A stretch of DNA of 64,000 nucleotides from Camelus ferus. Taxonomy: Eukaryota. The position numbers and the translations under genes were made by a program. Position 1 is the first letter of the stretch. Each line of letters opens with the position of its first letter. The notes beneath the pieces are model-generated. The model ran no database searches. It saw only the letters and a list, made by a program, of their open reading frames with translations, and was not told the DNA's origin. Of the stretch, positions 52,761 to 64,000 are shown in pieces. Location: positions 81,780,001 to 81,844,000 of the forward strand of contig NC_045697.1 of NCBI RefSeq assembly GCF_009834535.1, read 5' to 3'.

Positions 52761-55319
52761 TTTTTCAAAATTTGACATTGATGTACATTATATGGGATAG
52801 TTTTTGTTTCTTTTGCTAAGTGTTCTTTGGATTCTAAAAGCTGAATTTCATCAGTTTTGGAAATTCCATGTGTATTTTCTCACTCTGTAAACGATTTCCT
52901 TCTTTCTGTTTTACCTGCTTTATGTTTCTGGAATAATGAAACTTCTATTATTCCACTACTATAAATTCTACAACTGTCTTCTAAGTTCATAATATTTTCA
53001 CTCTTTTTATTCTGTTTAGTAAAAGATGTGTTTAATATCATTTCTCAATGCATCTGTTTTTCTAGCATTTTTTTTTTTTGTATATACTATCTTCTTTGGT
53101 GAACGCAGTATCTGCTTTTTATTCTGAAGATGTTATTTTGAGTGTTATGCTTTCTTTAGCTCTATATTATATCTATGTCTACCTCCTTCCTTTCAACTCT
53201 GCATTACCTTTTTATATTTTATTGATGCTTAGGTCAAATAAACAATCATCTTAATTACTCTTGTAACTACGTGAAATGTTTTTTTTGAAACTCAGTGTTT
53301 TGATTGGGTTTCAGAAAGAAACTATTGATAACTTTAATCAAAAAGTTGAAATGATATTCCAGCTTTTCTGAAGCCTTGACCTTGCTGTGATTCACACTTC
53401 TGATTCTATCTACTATATGCTACTAGAATATCTTTTTTTTTTCAGCACCATCTCTAATTGGCTTTTATTTACTGCATTTATCTTCTTGACCAATATACCA
53501 TCTTTATACACCTATCCTTTTTATGTGATTCATGCAAAACAGTTAGCTTGCATTGAATATACTGAGATAATTTCTCAATCAACATGGTAGCTAATTACCT
53601 TTTTAAAAACTGTACATGTTTCTAGTTAAGAAGGGGAAGGAGGACAGAATTGAGAACGAAGTGGAAGAGGAAGAGGAAAAACAGAAGGAAAAGAGGGAGA
53701 GAAGGAGAAGGAGAAAAAATGCACATAAAAATAAAATGGAAGGAGCAGAAGAAAAACGTGGTTATGTAAAGAGGCATTTTATGTGGGAATTAGTCCTTTG
53801 CATAGACCATCATTATGATTAAACAATATCTATCCCACAATATATTCAATATCACAAAAATTTCACTAAGAAATAATCTATTCAGTTGCTACTTTATAAA
53901 TACAATATTTATACAAAATAATGAAAAATATTTATAATTAAATTTTAAATGACTTTTTCTTTAGAATACTTTATTAACACATTCCAAATTGTTCATTTTT
54001 TTTAAAAAATGAACACTGTTTATCATTAGTTAGATATATTTATTTTGTAATAGCTTTGTTGTTGGAATTATTGAAACATTGCCAAGTCAGGCACTGTTCT
54101 TAAATATTCAATAGCTGGCACATTTTGGAAATATAGAAATTTAGAAAAATAATTCAGATAAAAAGTCAGGAAGATAAGAATATAAAAAAATGAGTGAATA
54201 TTATATGAGTTTATCTTTCCTATATTTGAAAAATCCAACATCTAACAAATTTTAACATCTAAGAAATTTTCTCATAAAATGTTTAGTCTCACATAGACAT
54301 ACAAATATTAACCATAGTTCAACTTGTGAAATATGAATTTTGCTCATAGACATCAAAATCAAAAGGTTTTTTTTTATAGAATATATTATGGGCAGATCTA
54401 CATCAGTATATTCCTTTCATTTCATTTTAGTTTCCTATATTAACCTTCTTATAATCCACAGAAAATTCTGAAAGGAAGCTCTTCTTAGCTACATTAATTC
54501 TTTCACACATTAATTAGGTTAGTCAATTGTTTTCCCCAGACACTTCAAGAAATATCCTCATAATATTGTTAAAATATATTAAATAAATCAATATATTAAA
54601 TCAACATAAATAGTTAAAATTATTAAAATGTATTACTTAAAATGCATTAACATAATTTCAAAAATAATTTACTATTAATGTTGAAAAAGTAATTTGGTTC
54701 ACTTAGCTTTAAAAACTTGTATCAGGAAAGCATTTTGAGTAAAATCATCAAATTCTATGTAAAATATAAGACTGCCAAGCTAATTTAATTCAACTTAAAA
54801 TAGAAGAAAGTCTATGGAAAGCTATTTTACATATTGCTAATTTAAAAATCAACTTTTAAACTTCAGTCTGGTTTTGTAATATTAAAAAGATTTGTATATT
54901 GAAAAGATGCTATTAATGATTAAATCTAGAAATACCTTGATGCAGTTAGAGTTCTATAGCCCCCACACACAACAAACAAAAAGTACCATAAGACATTTTG
55001 ATAACACAAAGCCGGGATTAGCAAGGGAAAATGAGAAAGGTAACAAACCAATCCATGGTACTCTAATTTGGGGAAAGAATATAAGAAATCTGCCCTCAAC
55101 TTTCCCATTCTTCAAATATTCACTGCAGCTACTTTGAAACCTATTATAGCTTGATATAATCAGTTATTTACTCTTTCCTGCATTTTCACCATTTCTTTTA
55201 AAAACACTTAAAATTATTACTCAGCATCTGTTATTTTACAATATTTTAGGCTTTCTATTATATTTATTAGAGGGTTCTCCCCACCCAAAGAAAAAAGTAT
55301 CTATTTATGAGGCATAGAA

Positions 55320-55453
55320 TAAAAAAAGAAGAAGATAAATGAACTTAAATATAAACCAGAAACAGACTCATAGGCATAGAATACTAACTTGTGGTTGCCA
55401 AGGGGGTGAGGGGTGGGAAGGGACAGACTGGGAGTTTGAAATTTGTAGATACT

Positions 55454-55504
<51 letters not shown>

Positions 55505-55685
55505 GACAAGTTTATGCTGTATATCACAGGGAAATATATACAAGATCTTGTGGTAGCTCATGGTGAAAAAGAATATGAAAATGAATATATGTATATTCAT
55601 GTATGACTGAAAAATTGTGCTCTACACCAGAAATTGACACAACATTGTAAACTGACTTTAACTCAATAAAATAAAAATACATACA
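55320..55685 (+). mobile_element. Short young L1 3' end with TSDs
   Basis: Homologous to 17810-18130; TSD tatttatgaggcatagaa (55302-55319) vs tatttataaggcatagaa (55686-55703), 17/18 identical. Confidence 0.92.
55457..55501. repeat. (TA)n microsatellite inside the L1 3' UTR
   Basis: Directly visible perfect repeat. Confidence 0.98.
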
Positions 55686-55984
55686 TATTTATAAGGCATA
55701 GAAAAGTGTAATACTATTTTTCTCTGAAAATCAGTACATCAACAAATACTGACTTAATGAACAGCATGATATTTTACAATATTGTAATACCTTTTTTTTT
55801 TAAACAATGAAAGATACTAAGGCATTACTTTTGTGATCTATTTAAAATTTTCACAATCTTCAACCAGGAATTTAGAGTAACCAACAGTGAGATGCAAAAA
55901 TTAGGACAAGGAACTTGCATTAACATGAAAAGCCTACTCAGATTAGAGGCAGCTATCTTCACTAATAAACTTTGGATATATCCA

Positions 55985-56084
55985 GGGGAGTGGGTACAGT
56001 TCAGTGGTAGAGTGCATGCTTAATATGCACAAGGTCCTGGGTTCAATCAATCCCCAGTACCTCCATTAAAAAGAAAACAAAAAA
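55985..56084 (+). mobile_element. tRNA-derived SINE (camelid type), short form
   Basis: ggggagtgggtacagttcagtggtagagtgcatgcttaatatgcacaaggtcctgggttcaatc...cccagtacctcca plus A-tail; degenerate TSD aaactttggatatatc / aaactggctatatc. Confidence 0.9.
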
Positions 56085-58859
56085 CTGGCTATATCTGAAG
56101 TGTCTAAAGTACTGGATTTCCTTCAGAAGTACACATTTTGGGAGAATTATCAACAATTGTAGTATAAGCAGGAAAAAGCATTAGAATTCTTGGAAGTAAG
56201 CCATATAAACATCAGTTCATTTGTTTTACAGAATTCTGAAGTGAGTCAGGTCCATCATTTTTAATATATGAAGATTTTCTATCCAAAAAATCAAAAACAA
56301 AACCAAAAAACTGCCTTGAATTAATCTAGAACTGAGAAAAATATCTAAAAATAGAAAGCATACAGAAACAGATCCAACTTCAAAAAGAAAAACATATACA
56401 TAAATAAGAATTTGCAAAAGTAAAATAGAACTTTGCAATATTATTAGTTAAGGCGGTAAGATTGAAAATACCATATTTTAAAAATTACCGTAAGCAACTA
56501 AGCAATATACAATACTTTTTAGGTGAAAGATTACTATCAAAATTCAGTTTTTAAATGATTATATTATCATATTAATGGAAACATGATAATTCACACTAAC
56601 TTGGACAGAAGCATTAATAAGACAGTAAATCAGAAATTGTAGCAATAATATATGAGGATCTTATTTTTCACAGCACTATACTGCCAAATTAAATCTTGGA
56701 TGGAAACTGATGTTCCATTTGATTCTGTAATTATTGACTTGGCCATGAACTTGCTACTCATTGAAGATAGTTATGAATGATTGCCCAGCGGTTGCTGGAA
56801 GATAGAGGGGCTACAAAATGAGCAATAGTTTCAACTTTCTGTTGAAGATTCTCTGAGTGAATGAAGTAAAATTGGTAGTTTCTGGCATTTTACAGCTTAC
56901 TTATAACTGTAAGAATTACGTTAAAGTTATAGATTTGTACAAAATGTGTGAATGCAACCTAGTATTTCCTAGCAGTATGCTTGTCTTTTCTGTAACATGG
57001 AGTGAAATTTAAACATTGCTAGAGGAGAAGGAATGAAATTCTGAATGTAAATGTATCCAATGTATATTAGCAGCATAAGGTGTAAATTGGCTTACTTAGT
57101 TAAAACATATTTAAAATTTATTTTGACTTTAACTCCTAAGATGATTAATTTGGCATAAATTTATGTAGTTATATTCTAGGATTAGTAGTGATTTTGCTGT
57201 AGCAGTAAAATTATCTTTCTGTGTGAAGTATTGAAACATTAGTGTATTTTTTCTCTACAAAACATTGGTATTATCTGTGAGAAACAAGACTTACAGTGTG
57301 AAAGAGTATAAGGTAAAATAATTAGGAAATGAACAATTTATTCATGCCACCATTTTGTTACAGCAGGACAAAATATTTTACTTTCTCTTGAAATGTAGTG
57401 AGCGAAGAAGAATATACCTCACTTATAAATGATTTAGGTTTTAGGATATATAGGATTAGAGACTACAGTGTTCTTTTCTGTTACGTTGAAATCGTGGAAT
57501 TGAATATTGGCCTAATGGTTAGTTCTCCAATAAGGGTTGTCATTACTCTGTTGCATTTTCAGTAAGACTTATACTTAACTTTCACTTTCCCCAAAACAAG
57601 CCAGTTTCTAATTCTTGGCAGAAGATTCTGAAGACAGAAGCAACTTACACTTCTATCTGTTTATAATCCTGATTTGAATGATGTATTCACAAGTTGGCAG
57701 AGATACAGCCATATTGCCTGGTTTAGCTGATTATCATGTCTTAGCAAATGAAGAGAGCCCTAGGGCATTAAGAACTCTCAACTATTAATATTGGTTTTGC
57801 CACAAGGCAGTTACATAAACTGACAGTTTGGCAGAGGCATGCCTCTTAGCATACTCATATACTGATTACCTCTGAAATATCATTAATATCGCTAAGTATT
57901 CAGTTACTCACAGCTCAATTTAAAAGGTCAGTCTTTATGGAAGCAAAAAAGTATAAACATTATCTTGATGCTAATATGACTTGTTACACTGCAGTTTATC
58001 AAATTGAACACTTAAAAGAAAAATAATGACAATATAGTAAAATGTGTGCTTTTTTTTTTCTGAGAGTGTCAACTGTGTATGGAATGTGCTTCCAAATTTT
58101 AGGCTTCAGGACTGTATAAGTTTTCTCGCAAAAGGTCATATGGATATAGAGGTCATTAAGATTTTTTAATTAATGTTAATTTTATTTGAACACTAAAAAC
58201 AATGTTTTTCATTAAAAGATGTTTAAAAACAGGAGAATATATTTTATAAACAATGTATACCAATGTTATAATTGGTGCATTAAGAACACTTTTACTATAT
58301 AATGTTAATATTTAATACTGCTTAAGTATCAGTAATAAATGTGAAACAGAGGAGCTTGCTTTAATATTCAAAAGTTATTCTTTAAGGGCTCCATTTATTT
58401 ATAATTTTCAAGAGTTACGTGATTGATCACAATTATCTAAAAGATTATGGATAATATTGGAATCAATCATATGAAGTAAATTTTTACTTAAGTTTTATCT
58501 TAAATACATTTCACTTTCCATAGAGAAAATAATTTTCTCCCACAGCTTCTTTATTTTTAGGTCAGAACTTTATACTAAATTGAAAGACGAGATTTCTAAA
58601 ACAAGTAAGTGGGCAGTTACCCATCCAATAACCTGGTCGTAACATGTATCTGACTACATATTTAAATTCTACAACCTTGAATTAATGTTTTAGTTTGATA
58701 ATTATAACAATATTATGTTTAAGCTTTTTTTTTTGCATCCTCCATGCCTAAAATTAAGCAACAGCAAGTGTGTAGAGAAAAGATTTTTAATTGTTCTGAT
58801 TATTATTGCTTTATATAAATTACCACAGATCTTGGGCTAAGCCTTCACAATACCCTGTG

Positions 58860-59700
58860 ATGCTTCTACTTTCTCTAATCAATTGTCTCTTTCAATCTCT
58901 GGGAATATTTTATATCTCCTTCATTCTTCACAAAACTCCAATACTACATTTGATACATGATTTTACCATGTATTTTAGTGAGAATGTATAAGCAAACAAA
59001 AGACAGGCCCTCGGCAGCATGTCTTCTAATCGACCTGAACTTGTGCATGTAGACTCTACCTGCCCCCCTATTATAATTGCTCAAGTTTCCCTGATATGCA
59101 GTAGATCACATATCCTCTTGGTAACGGAGGACACTGCTCTCATAATGATGTTTCCATTCTCCTTTAATGTAGTCTCCTTTCGTCTGCCCTTTTTCTTACA
59201 CTCTAGTAATTTCTGTACCGTATACATACATCTCCCTGGAACGTATACCTACATCAGATACCTATTCATTAGTCTATTTTTAACAAAATTCCTCCAAAGA
59301 GTTGGGCATTATAACATTTCTCATTATTTACCTCCCTTTCTCTGCCTCTCTCTCCATGATATATTTAAACTATTCTTCCACTGAAGCCCATGTATTAAGT
59401 TTATCAACAGTTTTCATCATGGCCAATTGAAAGTCTAATACTTTTACATCAGGTTACTTCATCTCCTAAGAGCCTCACTATCTCTTTTGCAAACTACTGT
59501 GCCTGGCTTCCTGACCATCGTGGTAACTTCATTTACTTTCCATTTGTTGGCTTCTTTGTTTCAGTTTCACTTGGCAGATCCTCCTTTTTTTTCTGATTTC
59601 AAAATATTTGTCACTCCAAATCTTAATACTCACCCTTTATTTTTTCTTTATCTATAATAAATCTCTATTGATGTATTAAGTTCAGTCACATTAAATGTCA
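58860..59700 (+). mobile_element. Probable L2 fragment
   Basis: Pyrimidine-rich L2-type text (ttccactgaagccc, ctgtgcctggcttcctgacca, ttggcagatcctcc). Confidence 0.45.
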
Positions 59701-59707
59701 ACATAAC

Positions 59708-60095
59708 TTTTTAACAGCTTTGAGATATAATTCACATACCATATTATTTACCAACTTAAAATGGGTATGTCAGTGGCATATGTTCACAGAGTTGTGAAAC
59801 CATCATCAAATCAATTTTAGGAAATTTTTACCTCTCCAGAAAGAAACTTCAAACCCATTAGTAATTGCTCCTCATTATTCCCTAGTCTCCTAAGTCCTAG
59901 ATAACAACTGCTGTACCTTTTATCTCTATAGGCATATATTGTACACATCGTATGAATGGAATCATATAATATGTGGTCTTTTGTATCTGGCTTTTAAGAA
60001 TCATTTCACTTAGCTTAATGTTTTCAAGATTTATCCATGTTGTAGCTTGTTCTTTATAATTATTCCTTTTTATGTCAAATAATATTTTATTTTTT
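59708..60095 (-). mobile_element. L1MB-like 3' end
   Basis: tttttaacagctttgagatataattcacataccat...ttcacagagttgtgaaaccatca...atggaatcatataatatgtggtcttttgt. Confidence 0.85.
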
Positions 60096-60754
60096 GCCTA
60101 AAACAATGCCTTAGATATGGATATGGTTAATAAATGTTAGATAAAGAAATTAATGAAATGAGAAGTATAGGTTTGGTTATGTTATTTTAGTTCTCCAAGT
60201 CAGAAAATTAAGGCCAAACAATTTGCTATCTCAGAACCTCCAACAAGAGCAAAAGAACAATTGGAAAGGAACATAAAGATTAAGATAAAATGTGAAATCT
60301 GCAGGGTATTCCCAGACAGATCTCTTTGCTATTTGTTTGGTTCATATGGCTACACCATCAACATACTGTATTTCTCAAATAAGAGCCTTCTTCTGGAAAA
60401 CTCATCACCATTCTAGGGCATTTATATTATCCTGACAACTTTAGTATCACTTCTTTGCTAGGCTCTTGGGTAAATTTTATAACCTCAGGAATAACCTTCC
60501 CTCCAATTCTTCCAAATGTAGCGTTTGCAGGCTCTACAAGCATCATTACCTTTGGTTACATGGCAAGGGTAGACACAGGCAGGCATGGCAGTCACTGGGC
60601 CATTGAGCCATCAATTTGGCAACGACTGCAGCTGAGGAGGAAAGTCATCTTATGCTAAACATACACCCTCCTTGAAGATATTATTATCTCATACCTGTTT
60701 TATCAGTAAAAATCATTTCACATTTAATTCCTGAGTTTATTAATCTTCATAGTT

Positions 60755-60971
60755 TTATAATTTTTAAACGTAAAGGGCCATATAGTAAATACTTTAGGCT
60801 TTGTGGATCATACAGTCCATGTCATAACTAATCAATTCTGTTACTGTAGTGCAAAAGCAGCTATAGATAACTTATACATAAATGAGCACGACTGTCTTGC
60901 AATAAAACTCTATTTACAAAAGCAGGTATCAGGCTGCAATTGTCCTGAGGGTTGCTGTGTGCCAGCCTCTG
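60755..60971. mobile_element. MER58A-like hAT-Charlie MITE
   Basis: gtaaagggccatatagtaaatactttaggctttgtgg...gtagtgcaaaagcagctataga...caataaaactctatttacaaaagcagg. Confidence 0.85.
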
Positions 60972-62074
60972 CTCTACTTTATCATCAACTTCATAAAGAT
61001 AAATACTGACTTGAGTCTCACTCCATCTGTCACTTCTTTCTTATCTCCTAAATCTTTCTACTTTCTCCTCCTGGTACATTACCAAAAAATTATCCTAAAT
61101 TCTTCAACTCTTCTTTGCAGTATCCAAAACCTGACCCTCCTATATGGTGCCATTTCCAAGCATCCCTCTCAAATTCCCCGTCCATCAACTCCCAGGAACA
61201 CATAAAAACTTGTCATCAACAGAAAGTCTCCTAATCTCAAAATCACAAACCATAGCTTATTGCTTTCTAAACACAACCTCCTGTCTTTCTGTGGTTTTTT
61301 TTTTCTCCTATAACTTGAAATATTTCTATAATTTATAAAATCTAGACTCTAATTCATTGGGTATATTTCACCCTGTCAAGTAGCTCTAATACTTCACTCA
61401 TCTTCTTTCTGATACTCATTTCTGTATTCTGTAGCTGGGATTACCATGTCACATTTTTATGTTCACTAAGCTGTCTTATTCCTCTGTGTTTTGTTACATG
61501 TGTCTCTCAAAGCCTTATACTCCAGAGGAGCCTCCCTGTATTTCTTTCCCTTGCGCCTGAGCAGGGGTGTCTTGCTGAAAAGAATCACACAGAAGCAAGA
61601 GGAAAGTCACTCTAAAATCATAATTTAGTATCTTAATTGAACTTTCAACAGCTCCTGGGAAATATATTATTGTCTATGCAAAAACCTCTACTATAGTCTT
61701 AAAATGTGCCAAGCCTTTCTCACATTCTTGAAACTTCAAAACCTTCACCCCTGTTATTTCCCTTTCTCCAGTTAGAAGGTCTGATTTCCTACTGCCAAAT
61801 CCAAGTTCATAAATGTGTGAAACTACTTTTGTTGGATTCACTCTATTTCTTCTGTTCCACAATTATATTAAAAGATAGGTCTCTGGCATGAAGGCCAAAC
61901 CTTTCTCCAGTCCTTTGAATGCCACCTCTTCTAATTACACCTTATCAATTAAAAATAAAAAAATAATTACTCCAGAATTCAACATTTAGAAAGTATATAT
62001 CCCTTTGTTTTTGATCTCACATTAATCTTCCTTTGTCTTCACATCCAAATCTACAGAATTGTCTGTATAACTCT

Positions 62075-62590
62075 AGTATGTATTGCTTGCCTGACTGATA
62101 TCCATCATTCTGTTAATAAGAACACTGGAATTTTCCTTGGGGAATCACTGTTCCTCTACCCTGATTAACGTGGTTCACGTGGAGTTGATTTTTTTCGTTG
62201 GCTTCAAAGTTGAAAGGGTAAACAAAACCTGACTGATAAAGCATTGTATACTCTTCACAATATTTGGTTTAAAATGACTACCTGTCTCAATCAGAGACTT
62301 TCAAAACTAACAATGGGCATGTACTGGAGTTAAAAAGACACTTTCTGTTTTCTTACCACACCTTGAACTTTGGAGAATGTAGGGCCTGGACCACTTGTCC
62401 TGGCTATGAAAAAATTAAGTGATAGTAAAGAGAGTGGAACCAAAATTAGAGAAAGATAGGTATCTGATCTCATAATTTGAAAACCTAAATTGAACTTTAC
62501 CAAAACAGTCAGTACATTTTTAGTAATATTAGTAAATAGACAACCATTTTTATTAGTTTGAATTGTGTACTGGTTACTTAGATACTTCTA
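62075..62590 (+). mobile_element. Old ERVL LTR (LTR16/LTR33-like)
   Basis: ggaattttccttggggaatcactgttcctct...gtggttcacgtggagttga...caatcagagactt. Confidence 0.5.
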
Positions 62591-63184
62591 AATGTACTTG
62601 TAATTGCTTTGTCGTTTACTCACTTTACTCATACTCCAATGTAGCAATCATTTATTATTTTAATAAAGTAACTCCTGCTGTGCTCTCTAAGACTACTACA
62701 TGACCAAATCCAGTAGACCTTACCTTTTTTCACTTAACCTCTTAGCATCATTTGAAAGTGCTTAACACTTCCTTCTTCTTGATATAACACGGGATAATTA
62801 TGGAAACAGACTGTACATATCTTTTGTAATAATGTAAGACTGCCTCCTGAGTTTTAAGACTTTCTGAAGGAAGTTCCAACAGAGATCTCTGAGATGTTTA
62901 CTCTTTGGTTCAACAACAAAAAAATATTTTTCCAAGGTGCCAGCTGTCTGTTATTACTCATGAATAAACTGGTTTAGTAATGTGAAAAACATGTACATTT
63001 GTACTTCATACTTTAATTTTGATCAGCTTATCTGTTTGATATATTTTTTAATGTCAGGGTATTAAAAATTATATAAGAAATAAATAGACATATTTCCATA
63101 GATCTTTTGGACAATTTTCATGACTTTAGCATCAGTGAGTAGATAGCTTGAGTCTAGGAATGTTTTTCCTTCACGTCCAGGTTA

Positions 63185-63740
63185 TGCAATGGAATCAACC
63201 TAAATATCTATTGATTTAGCTTTATAAAAGAAATAAATTTGCCATTTGTGACCTGGAGGATGTTATGCTAAGTGAAATAAGCCAGATACAGAAAGACAAA
63301 TACTACGTGATCCCACATGTATGAGGAATCTGAAATAATCAAATTCATAGAAGCAGAGAGTACAGTGACAGTTGCCAGGCCATGGGGACAGGAGAAAATT
63401 TGGAGGCATTGGTCAAACACTACAACATTTCAGCTACGCAAATTGAATACTTTCTTGAGATCTACTATGCAGTATAGTGACTACAGTTAACAACACTTAA
63501 CTATACTTAAAATATTGCTTAGAGTGTAGATTTTATGTTGTGTCAGTATTCCCCCCCCCACACACACACAGCTAACAAGAGTAGGAGGAAACATTTGGAG
63601 GTGCTGGATATATTTGTGGCATTGATCGTGGTGATGATTTCAATTATATTCAAACTCATCAAATTTTGTGTATATAGTAAACTCATCAGGTTATATACAG
63701 CTTTTTGTATGTCAATCATATTTCAGTAAATTAGTTTAAA
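63185..63740 (+). mobile_element. L1MA/MB-like 3' end
   Basis: cctggaggatgttatgctaagtgaaataagccagatacagaaagacaaatactac...atagtgactacagttaacaacac. Confidence 0.88.
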
Positions 63741-64000
63741 AATCTGTTGATACTAGTGTTTGCAGTGAATCTTACGTAGTTATAAATTACTTTGATGCAA
63801 GAAGTGAATATAATTTTTAAAAGCTTTGATCCATAAAAAAAATTATGTGAGTCTAGATTATGAGACATTTCTACAAATCTTAGTAAAGAACACAAGTTCT
63901 GAAGAAGACTGAATAGTTTAATATTGCAAGGAATGTAATATCCTGCCAAGAATTCACACTGAAATTTATAGAGGAACAGATTTTGTGAAATCATTAAATG

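Noticed and set aside
53616..53822. Glu/Lys/Arg-rich 68-aa ORF
   Set aside because: Translation of a purine-rich low-complexity tract; no supporting exon structure.
55985..56065. tRNA-like sequence with A and B boxes
   Set aside because: Has an A-tail, TSD-like flanks and paralogues in the window; a SINE rather than a tRNA gene.
1..64000. Prokaryote-style systems (CRISPR arrays, operons, defence islands) or a novel multi-gene system
   Set aside because: The DNA is mammalian and repeat-dominated, with no ORF above 122 aa in the supplied track and no regularly spaced repeat-spacer array.

Overview
AT-rich mammalian (eutherian) genomic DNA, most likely camelid, judged from three tRNA-derived SINEs with the head GGGGAGGGTA(C/T)AGCTCAGTGGTAGAG and from cetartiodactyl-type L1 3' ends. 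I see no intact protein-coding gene, rRNA, tRNA or CRISPR array. Most of the window is decayed transposable elements: L1 of several ages, L2, MaLR/MLT1, ERVL/MLT2, a solo ERV1-like LTR and hAT-Charlie DNA transposons. Two features stand out. (1) A full-length processed pseudogene of RPLP1 (43412-43913, - strand) with poly(A) and 17-bp TSDs, nested in an LTR-like element that itself splits an MLT1. (2) A single small CpG island (~39710-40125) with outward-facing GTAAGT splice donors on both strands and ETS/GC-box/MYB/E2F-type motifs. This is a candidate bidirectional promoter for transcripts I cannot identify. One SINE also appears to carry ~90 nt of extra 3' sequence inside its TSDs. Repeat family names come from remembered consensus sequences, not from a search, and their boundaries are approximate. 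Nothing here supports a novel multi-gene system.
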